A stretch of 36,183 nucleotides of DNA from Minisyncoccia bacterium (GTDB lineage: Bacteria > Patescibacteriota > Minisyncoccia > Phycocordibacterales > JAKFXT01): contig JBGPJO010000006.1 of NCBI GenBank assembly GCA_041485465.1, forward strand, positions 1-36,183, given 5' to 3'. The notes beneath the pieces were generated by a model. The model was given only the letters and a program-made list of their open reading frames with translations, made no database searches and had not been told where the DNA came from. Position 1 is the stretch's first letter, and each line of letters starts with the position of its first letter. The translations under genes were made by a program, and so were the position numbers. Positions 8,414 to 16,898 of the stretch are shown here, piece after piece.

Positions 8414-10345
8414 ATGTTTGTCGTTAAGCGATCGCACCATAATCCGATTTTTGTTCCGAGGCGCGAACATTACTGGGAGGCTTTTGCCACCTATAATCCC
8501 TCGCCGATTAAGCACAAAGATAAAATATACGCTCTCTACCGGGCGCTATCGCTTCCAGATATTCTTCGTACACCTCAGCAAATTTCTACTATTGGTATAT
8601 CGGAGAGCAGTGATGGAACTCACTTCGAAAGGCAAAGGCAATTTATCGCTCCGGAAAAAGAATGGGAACGATACGGGTGCGAGGATCCACGGGTCACCTA
8701 TTTTGAAGGAAAATTCTACATTTTTTATACAGCTCTTTCCAAGTACCCATTTCGGGCCGACGGTATAAAAGTGGCTGTTGCCGTTTCAGAAGATTTACAG
8801 AGCGTCGAAAAGCGATATCTGGTAACGCCATTTAACGCCAAGGCAATGGTTCTTTTTCCCGAACGTGTCCAAGGGAAGGTTTTGGTTTTTGTGACAACCC
8901 ATACTGATGAACCGCCTGCAAAAATTGCTATTGCCGAGGCAGACTCTGTTGAAGAATTCTGGTCGGAGGATTTTTGGAAAAAGTGGCACTCAAATCTTGA
9001 GTCTCACGTCATTGATCCGCGCCGAACACCGTACGACCATGTCGAAGTCGGGGCGGTTCCAATAAAAACAAAATACGGCTGGCTTCTGATCTATTCTCAT
9101 ATTCAAAACTATTTTCCAAGCCCAGAGCGCTATGAACGAGTATTCGGAGTCGAAGCACTTCTTCTTGACGCTAATGATCCCAAGAAAATTATTGGTCGTA
9201 CCGAAGGGCCCATTCTTATTCCGGAGGAACCCTATGAACTTTCAGGGTATGTTGCAAATATTGTGTTTCCTTCGGGAGCTATTGTTGAAGGGGACACGCT
9301 CTCTATTTATTACGGTGCTGCTGATACCACTGGTTGCAAAGCAAAAGTGAATCTTTCAGATTTGATCTCAACAATCTCGCCTGAAACGAAAGACGCATAT
9401 CATTTTAAACGTTTTTCAAAAAACCCCATTATCGTACCTGATCCGAACCATCCCTGGGAATCAAAAGCAACATTCAACCCGGGGGCACTCGATATCAGTG
9501 GCAAGGTCCATCTTTTCTATCGAGCGCTTTCTGCGGATAATACCTCGACGATTGGATATGCACGGGCAACAGATGGTCTTTCAGTTGAAGAGAGGTTCCC
9601 CAATCCAGTGTATGTTCCGCGTGAGGAGTTTGAGATCAAAAAAATTCCCGGAGCAAATTCCGGTTGTGAAGATCCTCGGCTAACAAAAATCGATAACCGT
9701 ATTTATATGTGCTACACAGCCTTTGACAGTGTTGGCCCGCCGAGAGTAGCGGTCTCTTCAATAGAAGAAGAAGATTTTTTAGCAAAACGTTTCGTATGGA
9801 ACGTCCCCCAGCTTATTACGCCGCGCGGAATTGATGATAAAGACACCTGTATTCTTTCTGAAAAAATCGGTGGCAAATATCTTATTCTTCATCGGATTGG
9901 TACGGATATTTGTGGTGATTATCTCGACTCCCTTGATTTTGAGAAAGATAAAGTCAACAAGTGTATTCGGGTATTTGGTCCGCGCACTTTCGCATGGGAC
10001 AGTACCAAGGTTGGTATTACTGCTCCTCCCGTCAAAACAAAAAGTGGCTGGCTTCTTCTTTACCATGCCGTTTCAAAAAATCATCACACCTACCGGATCG
10101 GCGCAGCTCTTCTTGATCTTAATGACCCGACAGTGCTCCTTGCTCGGGGAACAGACGTTATTTTTGAACCTGAGGAATTGTACGAAAAAGAGGGAATTGT
10201 AAAAAATGTAGTGTTTCCGTGTGGCATGGTTCTCCGTGATGGACTTCTTTACATATACTACGGCGCTGCCGATCAGGTTATTGGCGTTGCCACAATGAAG
10301 CTCGATATTATGCTCAACGCTCTCGAGTATGGAGCAAAGCTTTAG
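8414..10345 (+). CDS. Tandem double-domain GH130 glycosidase/mannoside phosphorylase
   Basis: Two copies of WE...(Y/F)NP, YRA, GCEDPR, VFPxG, YYGAAD. Confidence 0.9.
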   Translation: MFVVKRSHHNPIFVPRREHYWEAFATYNPSPIKHKDKIYALYRALSLPDILRTPQQISTIGISESSDGTHFERQRQFIAPEKEWERYGCEDPRVTYFEGKFYIFYTALSKYPFRADGIKVAVAVSEDLQSVEKRYLVTPFNAKAMVLFPERVQGKVLVFVTTHTDEPPAKIAIAEADSVEEFWSEDFWKKWHSNLESHVIDPRRTPYDHVEVGAVPIKTKYGWLLIYSHIQNYFPSPERYERVFGVEALLLDANDPKKIIGRTEGPILIPEEPYELSGYVANIVFPSGAIVEGDTLSIYYGAADTTGCKAKVNLSDLISTISPETKDAYHFKRFSKNPIIVPDPNHPWESKATFNPGALDISGKVHLFYRALSADNTSTIGYARATDGLSVEERFPNPVYVPREEFEIKKIPGANSGCEDPRLTKIDNRIYMCYTAFDSVGPPRVAVSSIEEEDFLAKRFVWNVPQLITPRGIDDKDTCILSEKIGGKYLILHRIGTDICGDYLDSLDFEKDKVNKCIRVFGPRTFAWDSTKVGITAPPVKTKSGWLLLYHAVSKNHHTYRIGAALLDLNDPTVLLARGTDVIFEPEELYEKEGIVKNVVFPCGMVLRDGLLYIYYGAADQVIGVATMKLDIMLNALEYGAKL

Positions 10346-10400
10346 AGAGTTCGAATAATAAGCCGATTTCAAAAGATACGATAAAACAAAGTCAAAAAAT

Positions 10401-10433
10401 AAAAAGGCCAGGGCGTACTATCGTTTCCTGGCC
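10401..10433 (-). terminator. Intrinsic terminator between convergent genes
   Basis: GGCCAGG 10406-10412 / CCTGGCC 10427-10433 with flanking A tract (U tract on the minus strand). Confidence 0.65.
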
Positions 10434-10453
10434 ATCTTTAAGAGAATGTGTCC

Positions 10454-10876
10454 CTAGATGCCGACACCCGGCTCTTGTGCATCCCAGGGCGAGAGCATGT
10501 ATACGGGCTGCTGTTCAGGGTCATCGATCAGATGAATTTCGATGACATACTGGGTAATTCTTCTACCCTCGCTATCTTCCACTCTCTCGATCTTTTCGAC
10601 TCTTTTGATGATCTCGACGGTGATGTTCGGTGCAAAAAAACATTCGACCGTTCCATCTGCCCCTGGGGAGGTTAATTTGTCGTAAACCCCTGCTCCCGCG
10701 TCGTAGCCCAGATCTCTCGTCGTTGTGAGAAGGGAGATGAGATCATCTTTAGACGGGCAAAAGACAGCTTTCTTCACTGTGTCTACTTCTCCAATGATCC
10801 ACGAATCTTTTCCGGATGCACCCGTGGTGGAGAAAATAACCATCGCCGCGATTACAGCGAAAATTTGGCTTTTCAT
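10454..10876 (-). CDS. Secreted hypothetical protein, paralog A
   Basis: Signal peptide, two Cys, GGAGG SD, upstream TTGACA-N16-TATCTT (10927-10954). Confidence 0.8.
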   Translation of the reverse strand: MKSQIFAVIAAMVIFSTTGASGKDSWIIGEVDTVKKAVFCPSKDDLISLLTTTRDLGYDAGAGVYDKLTSPGADGTVECFFAPNITVEIIKRVEKIERVEDSEGRRITQYVIEIHLIDDPEQQPVYMLSPWDAQEPGVGI

Positions 10877-10971
10877 GGATCCCTCCCTGATGGCTAGCCA
10901 ATCTAGGCAGACAAAATTCTTGATTAAAGATAGCCAGAATACTTAATTTGTCAAACACAAAATAAACTAAT

Positions 10972-11000
10972 AAAAAAGCCGCGACTATGATGTCGCGGCT
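10972..11000 (-). terminator. Intrinsic terminator of paralog B
   Basis: AGCCGCGAC 10977-10985 / GTCGCGGCT 10992-11000 with a U tract on the minus strand. Confidence 0.75.
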
Positions 11001-11020
11001 GTACAGTTTTGGCTAGAATG

Positions 11021-11480
11021 TCATGCGGGCATGACCTTTTCATGCACATCCCACCAGGAGAGCATGAAATAGACGGGTGCCACAGGCCTTCTTCCAGAAG
11101 TCAGATCAGCACACTTCCTTGGAAAGCAGATAGATTTTGACAATATAGACCGTGACCGTGCTCCCGTCTATCCTTTGAAAACCATCAATCTTTTTGCCGA
11201 CTTTTCCGAGGATGAAAACTTGGATATTTGGTCCGCCGACACATTTCGGAGTGTTACCCTGGATCTCCTGGCTTAACGTTTTGAACATTTCTTTCCCTGC
11301 GGCGTTGCCATGCTTCACAGTTTCATTGATGATCTTCTTGAGGTCGTCTTCCGTTTGGCAGTAAATTGTGTCGACCATGGCCGGTTGGTTGGCTACCAAG
11401 GTACCATCATCGGCGCGCAGCGGAGATGGTAAAGAAAGTAGCGCTATGAGCACTGCGAGTGAAGATAAGAGTGTCTTCAT
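11021..11480 (-). pseudogene. Secreted hypothetical protein, paralog B, with +1 frameshift near 11110-11130
   Basis: ATG 11480 (MKTLLSS) after GGAGG; frame 0 stops at 11106; +1 frame continues ...APVYFMLSWWDVHEKVMPA* matching paralog A QPVYMLSPWDAQEP; promoter TTGACA-N16-TAATCT (11531-11558). Confidence 0.7.
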
Positions 11481-11604
11481 GAAAGCCTCCGCACTGGCTA
11501 TGATGTTACAGGACAGATATTCTGTGCCTAAGATTATTGAAATTAAGCACTTTGTCAAACTGCAAAAACTCCTTTATTATGGGTTTCTTACTAGGAATGG
11601 ATGT

Positions 11605-11913
11605 ATGAAAAAATATCAGGAGGAACTTGATCTTTGGTTTAAGAAAAATGGCTGGAAATATTGGTCGCCACTTTCTATTCTTGCCCGGCTTTTTGAAGAA
11701 TGTGGCGAATTCGCGCGAGTGGTCAACCACCTCTTCGGCGACAAACCGAAAAGAAGTGAAGAAAAAGAGCAGGAACTTGGAGAAGAAATGGGAGATATCA
11801 TCTATACTCTTATTTGCTTCGCCAATTCTCAGGGCATTGATTTAGATAGTGCGATACAGGGAAGTATTGATAAAGTGATTAAGCGGGATAAAGACAGATT
11901 CACCAAGTCATAA
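11605..11913 (+). CDS. MazG-like nucleotide pyrophosphohydrolase (YpjD-like)
   Basis: YWSPLSILARLFEECGEFAR...GDKPK...LGEEMGDIIYTLICFANSQGIDL...RDKDRF; true start ATG 11605. Confidence 0.88.
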   Translation: MKKYQEELDLWFKKNGWKYWSPLSILARLFEECGEFARVVNHLFGDKPKRSEEKEQELGEEMGDIIYTLICFANSQGIDLDSAIQGSIDKVIKRDKDRFTKS

Positions 11914-11947
11914 AATCGTCAAAAGGTAGATTACAATAAAAAGAAGC

Positions 11948-12745
11948 ATGAACAATATTATAGAGGTTAAAAACCTTAGTAAAAAATTCGGCGATTTTAG
12001 CGCAGTAAGTGATATTTCTTTTACTGTTGCGAAGGGCGAGATTTTTGCCTTTCTCGGTCCGAACGGGGCGGGGAAGTCAACGACCATTAAAATGCTGACG
12101 ACCCTCCTCAAACCAACCGGCGGGGAAATGCGTCTAAATGCTGAGAATCCTGCGGAAAACCCCCACGCGGTCCGCAAATCTTTCGGCATTGTCTTTCAGG
12201 ATCCGAGTCTCGATGATGAACTGACTGCCTATGAAAATATGGAATTCCACGGAGTGCTCTACGATGTTCCGAAAAAACTCCGCAGAGAGCGGATTGACCA
12301 ATTGCTTAAATTTGTCGACTTATGGGAGCGTAAAGACAATCTGGTAAAAGAATTTTCAGGCGGCATGAAGCGGCGGCTTGAGATCGCCCGCGGCTTGCTT
12401 CATCATCCAACCGTCCTTTTCCTCGACGAGCCGACACTCGGTCTTGACCCCCAGACAAGGAATCACTTGTGGAATTACCTTAAAGAACTTAACAAGACTG
12501 AAAATACCACCGTATTTTTCACTACTCATTATATGGAGGAAGCTGATCGGATTGCCGGCCGAATTGCCATTATTGATCAGGGTAAAATAATCGCTTCCGG
12601 CACCTCACAAGAACTAAAGACAAAAACAGGCACGAATTCTCTTGAAGAGGCGTTCCTTTCTCTCACCGGAAAGGCAATTCGAGAGGAAGAAGGGGGGAAT
12701 CTTGATATGTTGAGAATGGCCCGCCGTGCGTGGACACGACGTTAA
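11948..12745 (+). CDS. ABC-2 type exporter ATP-binding protein (DrrA-like)
   Basis: Walker A GPNGAGKST, signature FSGGMKRR, Walker B LFLDEPT, H-loop TTHYMEEA. Confidence 0.93.
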   Translation: MNNIIEVKNLSKKFGDFSAVSDISFTVAKGEIFAFLGPNGAGKSTTIKMLTTLLKPTGGEMRLNAENPAENPHAVRKSFGIVFQDPSLDDELTAYENMEFHGVLYDVPKKLRRERIDQLLKFVDLWERKDNLVKEFSGGMKRRLEIARGLLHHPTVLFLDEPTLGLDPQTRNHLWNYLKELNKTENTTVFFTTHYMEEADRIAGRIAIIDQGKIIASGTSQELKTKTGTNSLEEAFLSLTGKAIREEEGGNLDMLRMARRAWTRR

Positions 12746-12757
12746 TTGAGTCAACTT

Positions 12758-13504
12758 ATGAAAACAATTTACATTTTATGGCTTCGGCAGATCAAGCGCT
12801 ATATGCGCTCCCGATCAAGAATCTTCGGCTCTCTCGCCCAGCCGCTCCTTTTTTTACTTGCCTTAGGATACGGCCTTGGACCGGTTTTTCAGAAAGCGGG
12901 GCAGGGGAATTACATTGAATTTCTGGCTCCGGGAGTTATCGGCATGGGTATTATTTTTAGCTCGATATTTTCCGGCATGGAAATTATTTGGGATCGCCAG
13001 TTTGGCTTTCTTAAAGAGACGCTTGTTGCTCCGGTATCACGCTTTAACATTATGCTTGGAAGAACTCTTGGCGGCGCGACGATCGCGACCTTTCAGGGTC
13101 TGATTGTTCTTATTATCTCAGTTGTCGCTGGTTTTCGGTTTACTAGCCTTGTTCTTGTTTTGCCGGCTTTACTCGTCATGTTTTTGATTGCGCTTCTTTT
13201 CACAGCGCTTGGTACGGCAATCGCTTCTCGCCTTCAGGATATGCAGGGTTTTCAGCTGATCATCAATTTTCTTGTGATGCCGCTCTTTTTTCTCTCCGGC
13301 GCTCTTTTTCCGCTTCAAGGGTTACCTTCTACCATTGCAATAATTACCGCACTTGATCCGCTCTCCTATGGCATTGATGCATTACGGGCACTTTTGATCG
13401 GCTCTTCGCACTTCGGGCTTAGTATTGATATTTCTGTTCTTCTTGGGGTCACCCTTTTCTTTCTCGTTGTCGGTAGTTATTTATTTTCGAAGATTGAAGT
13501 TTAA
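12758..13504 (+). CDS. ABC-2 type exporter permease (DrrB-like)
   Basis: About six TM segments, DRQFGFLKETLVAPVSR, FFLSGALFP, PLSYGIDALR; ATG 12758. Confidence 0.92.
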   Translation: MKTIYILWLRQIKRYMRSRSRIFGSLAQPLLFLLALGYGLGPVFQKAGQGNYIEFLAPGVIGMGIIFSSIFSGMEIIWDRQFGFLKETLVAPVSRFNIMLGRTLGGATIATFQGLIVLIISVVAGFRFTSLVLVLPALLVMFLIALLFTALGTAIASRLQDMQGFQLIINFLVMPLFFLSGALFPLQGLPSTIAIITALDPLSYGIDALRALLIGSSHFGLSIDISVLLGVTLFFLVVGSYLFSKIEV

Positions 13505-13526
13505 AAAATAAACCCTACTTTTTATT

Positions 13527-13904
13527 ATGTCTTTTATTATGGAAGGAAGCCCACCCTTTTTATTTTTCGCGGGCATGATCGGAACGATACTTTTCTTGCG
13601 GTTATACCTTTTGATATCTCCTCAAACAAACATATATCTCAGCCGCTACAATGTGCACCATCTCTACACCGGAGCATTTCTTCTCATTGTCCTAACTATT
13701 CTAAGAACCGCGGGGATAAACGCTTCATGGCTCACCCTTTTATCTGGGATTGCAAGCGGGCTTATTGTTGATCAATTGGTGTATCTCGTCACTTCAAAAG
13801 GGGGGCATGAAGCCTACTATGGAAAAATATCTTTCTTGGGGATGTTAGGTATTACCGCTTTTCTCTTGCTTATCGGCATGGTAGCCTCTCTTTTAGTCCG
13901 CTAA
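13527..13904 (+). CDS. Four-TM membrane protein with VHHLYTG motif
   Basis: Hydrophobic ORF with HHLYTG and GLIVDQ motifs; function unknown. Confidence 0.75.
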   Translation: MSFIMEGSPPFLFFAGMIGTILFLRLYLLISPQTNIYLSRYNVHHLYTGAFLLIVLTILRTAGINASWLTLLSGIASGLIVDQLVYLVTSKGGHEAYYGKISFLGMLGITAFLLLIGMVASLLVR

Positions 13905-13909
13905 TTGTT

Positions 13910-13982
13910 GGGCCGTTAGCTCAGTTGGTAGAGCGCATCCATGGCATGGATGAGGTCAGCGGTTCAATCCCGCTACGGTCCA
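13910..13982 (+). tRNA. tRNA-Ala(GGC)
   Basis: Acceptor GGGCCGT/ACGGTCC with G3:U70; anticodon arm CATCC-ATGGCAT-GGATG; T-loop TTCAATC; CCA not encoded. Confidence 0.95.
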
Positions 13983-14005
13983 CACTGATTCGACCGAAAT
14001 TATTT

Positions 14006-14494
14006 TTAATGTGGCGTATATATAACGGCGCCGTTTTCCGCTCCGGGGGCGCAGACGGCAACCCGGTTATTATTATCCGTATTTTTTATAACATTGTAAC
14101 CGGTTTCGGTATCCGAATAGGTAATCGGGTCAACGGGAATGTCGGAGAGGTATTTTTTGTTGTTGGTTAATTCTGAAAGTGCCACCGTGCACGATCCCCC
14201 GGTTTTACAGATAGTGAAGGCGTCACTAAGAATTACCGTAGTGCAATCAGTTAGTGTTCCATTCGGAATCGCGGCAGGCAGAGACCCGTGATTATCTAGG
14301 GCGTATTGATCAATGGCGCTCAAAATGGTGGCGATATCAATCTGACGCTCCGCATTTCGCGTATCAGCTAGTTGTTTACCTGGGTTAAGGGCAAACACAG
14401 TAATACCCGCGAGAATGGTAAGAGCGGCGACTGCAAGCAATATCTCTATCAAAGTAAAAGCGCTTTTGGTGCCAACATAGCCAAGAGTCTTCAT
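14006..14494 (-). CDS. Type IV pilin-like protein
   Basis: ATG 14494; class III signal SA|FTLIEIL with hydrophobic helix; four Cys. Confidence 0.9.
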   Translation of the reverse strand: MKTLGYVGTKSAFTLIEILLAVAALTILAGITVFALNPGKQLADTRNAERQIDIATILSAIDQYALDNHGSLPAAIPNGTLTDCTTVILSDAFTICKTGGSCTVALSELTNNKKYLSDIPVDPITYSDTETGYNVIKNTDNNNRVAVCAPGAENGAVIYTPH

Positions 14495-14501
14495 ACTTCT
14501 C

Positions 14502-14975
14502 CTAGCGAGTAACCGAGATGGTCGCGGTCTCCGCAAGCGGCGCACAGACGGTAATACGGTTATCTGAATCTTTCCACGCCAAGTAGCCGGTAAAGTACGG
14601 ATCCGAAAGTGAAGGATCAATAGGGAGAGTGACTAAGAATTGTTTTGAAGCGGTTAAGCTACTGAGAGAAATGCCCGTACAGTTATCAACGTCTTTGCAA
14701 ATCCCGAAATAATTATCATTGAATGTTTTGTCTGTACACGATGGATCGTCAATTGAGCGGAGTGTTCCCGGTAGGGAGCCATTTTTTATTTGATATTGAA
14801 TAATGGCGCTTGAAATAGCCTCGACGTCCGAGCGCCTCTCGGCATCCCTTGTTTCGGCAAGTTGTCGGGCGGGATTGATGGCAACAATCACAATACCCGC
14901 GAGAATGGCTATCGTGGCAACCACCAAAAGAATTTCAAGAAGAGTAAATCCTCGGTCTAATGACTGTTTCGTCAT
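14502..14975 (-). CDS. Type IV pilin-like protein (paralog of 14006-14494)
   Basis: RG|FTLLEILLVVA...INPARQLAETRDAERRSD; four Cys. Confidence 0.92.
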   Translation of the reverse strand: MTKQSLDRGFTLLEILLVVATIAILAGIVIVAINPARQLAETRDAERRSDVEAISSAIIQYQIKNGSLPGTLRSIDDPSCTDKTFNDNYFGICKDVDNCTGISLSSLTASKQFLVTLPIDPSLSDPYFTGYLAWKDSDNRITVCAPLAETATISVTR

Positions 14976-15077
14976 ACACCTATAACGGTTCTATTTTAAG
15001 AATACTGTATAAGTATACCGTATTGCTGTTTGCTTGGTAGAGAGATCTTGGTTTTTAGTGGATAACATAGGCATCAT

Positions 15078-15542
15078 TTAAAAATCGGCTACTTCTTGCC
15101 AGTTGGCAGCGGTAATCGAGGTTGTTGTTCCCGTTTCATGTATGGTGGTAGTTACGGAAGCGCTGATCTTTACCTTGCGGACAACGGATTCGACAAAACC
15201 GGAGGCTTTAACCAGATCTTCTGACGGAGCACTTTCTTCAGTGGTGAATTCGCAATGCCCGTAACCGAAATCGATCCCTCCCGCTTGCGGGAGGGATTCG
15301 GTATTTTTTATTGTAAGAAGGCCTGATTCGGCACAAGCGTCAGCAAGCGCTTGAGCGCGCAGCGATTCTTCACGTACAATGGTATTTCGAGCCGCATTGG
15401 CGCCTGCTTCAAGAATAAAAAGGGCGCTTCCAAGCGCAACAGCACCGATGATAAGAACGCTCAGTAGTGTCAAATAACCAGCATTTTTTCTGACACTCTT
15501 TAAAATATTTTTTATTTTGTTAGCGTGGGTTTGCTGTTCCAT
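15078..15542 (-). CDS. Minor pilin, PilX/GspK-like
   Basis: AG|YLTLLS without Glu5, AQALADACAESGL, terminal WQEV; likely start ATG 15542. Confidence 0.8.
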   Translation of the reverse strand: MEQQTHANKIKNILKSVRKNAGYLTLLSVLIIGAVALGSALFILEAGANAARNTIVREESLRAQALADACAESGLLTIKNTESLPQAGGIDFGYGHCEFTTEESAPSEDLVKASGFVESVVRKVKISASVTTTIHETGTTTSITAANWQEVADF

Positions 15543-16029
15543 AAAATGTGTCTGAATAATTAAGCTCGTTTCTTCCTCCTTGATTTCGCGCACTTGCCAT
15601 AAACTCGACGCGGATAGAGCCAGACGTTGTTGTCCCGCCGAGATTTTTGAAAAGCAGATCAGTGATTTTGACCTCGGGAGAGGAGAGGACGTTTACGGGA
15701 TTCAAGCCTTCTTCCATATTGATCGTACCGTCAAGAAGGGTGATAGTCGTTGGATCGCGCGAACTGTCTTTAGAATGAATGCTAAGAATTCCCGCACTTT
15801 CTCCAGGAAGCGGTCCATCTATCGAATCGGCGTTTTTAATACTTTCCGTAAGTATCCTCATAATCTGAGAACCCGCATCCTCGACTCTTCTTACCGCCTC
15901 ATATTTTGCTTGGTTCGAAATTACGGTAATGAAAAGGGTGCTTGTGACGCTAAGTAGGATTGCGGCCATGCTGACGTACAGAATAAGTTCAATCAGTGTA
16001 AATCCTTTCTCTGTAAATTTTTTTTTCAT
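15520..16029 (-). CDS. Minor pilin, PilW/GspJ-like
   Basis: KG|FTLIELILY prepilin motif; position in the minor-pilin operon. Confidence 0.85.
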   Translation of the reverse strand: MKKKFTEKGFTLIELILYVSMAAILLSVTSTLFITVISNQAKYEAVRRVEDAGSQIMRILTESIKNADSIDGPLPGESAGILSIHSKDSSRDPTTITLLDGTINMEEGLNPVNVLSSPEVKITDLLFKNLGGTTTSGSIRVEFMASARNQGGRNELNYSDTFYGTANPR

Positions 16030-16034
16030 TGCGG

Positions 16035-16466
16035 TTATTTCCAGTTGGTAAGATATGTGTCGAGTGAGACGGAACCGCTTCGACCCTCTCCGTCGGTCCA
16101 GGAGACATTCGCCGTGATCTCTTTTTTCCCCACGTCGACCGTTTGTATCGTGATTGTTCTGGTGTAGATATTTTCGATTATGTCGCTTCCGGGAGTAAGC
16201 GACCAGCTGCCGGTTGCCATGCTAAGACCGTATGATCCGTCATTAATAGTGGCGAAATCTTGATCGCGTATTTCTCGAATGGCCTCAAGCCCTTCTTCTC
16301 CAAGATAGAGAGATTTTGACTCTATGACCGTGACTATTTCGTTATTTTGCCCGTAAAGAAGTGCCTCAATGATGAGGACGACAATCACGCCGAATAAAGC
16401 AAGCGAGAGCAGGGGCTCGAGAATGGTAAATCCTGTCTTAGTATTTTTATTCGATGACGATAACAC
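16035..16466 (-). CDS. Minor pilin, PilV/GspI-like
   Basis: TG|FTILE motif, LGEEGLEAIR, YTRTITI, terminal YLTNWK; GTG start at 16466 inferred. Confidence 0.82.
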   Translation of the reverse strand: MLSSSNKNTKTGFTILEPLLSLALFGVIVVLIIEALLYGQNNEIVTVIESKSLYLGEEGLEAIREIRDQDFATINDGSYGLSMATGSWSLTPGSDIIENIYTRTITIQTVDVGKKEITANVSWTDGEGRSGSVSLDTYLTNWK

Positions 16467-16896
16467 CTTTTTCGTTGACTGAAATTGTCTTTGATTCTCC
16501 GATAGGGGAGGACAACAGTGTCGTTGCCCCGGTACTTTCCGGGTAACCGGAAACTTTACTGAAGATAAATTCCTGCTGTCCCGAGACGGTGGTATTGAAC
16601 ATGGTGGTAGTCTCATCAAAATTTGCGTCTCGTGCCGCGTAAGCATTTCCCTTAAAGAGTATCAGTTTATCGTCTTCTATTTTCACTCCCCACGGCGAAT
16701 CTTCTGAAACGGCACTTGAAAGCTCTTCTGCTCTGTAAATCATATCTTTGAGGGAGGCGCTGGCAATTTCTAAATCATTTCTGGCTGGTAGATTTTCGTA
16801 TGTAGCAAGAGAAAGGGTTGCGATAGCGGCAATAAAAGCGACGGAAAGCAGTATTTCAAGAAGGGTAAAACCTCCTACTCCAAAATTTTTTTCCAT
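16447..16896 (-). CDS. Minor pilin, FimT/FimU/GspH-like
   Basis: GG|FTLLEILL motif; first gene of the minor-pilin series. Confidence 0.85.
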   Translation of the reverse strand: MEKNFGVGGFTLLEILLSVAFIAAIATLSLATYENLPARNDLEIASASLKDMIYRAEELSSAVSEDSPWGVKIEDDKLILFKGNAYAARDANFDETTTMFNTTVSGQQEFIFSKVSGYPESTGATTLLSSPIGESKTISVNEKGVIVIE

Positions 16897-16898
16897 AA

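Noticed and set aside
11106-11108. UGA read as Gly (code 25) or Sec to extend paralog B
   Set aside because: In-frame readthrough shows no similarity to paralog A whereas the +1 frame does; TGA is a normal stop in the PCD, PMM, pilC and kinase genes.
11368-11604. N-terminal extension of the MazG-like ORF
   Set aside because: It overlaps paralog B and its promoter on the opposite strand; family similarity starts at ATG 11605.
13925-14170. 81-aa plus-strand ORF
   Set aside because: It starts inside tRNA-Ala and runs antisense to a pilin gene.
16467-16646. Long N-terminal extension of the PilV-like ORF (likewise 14495-14620 and 2850-2912)
   Set aside because: These overlap upstream genes in another frame; motifs indicate later starts.
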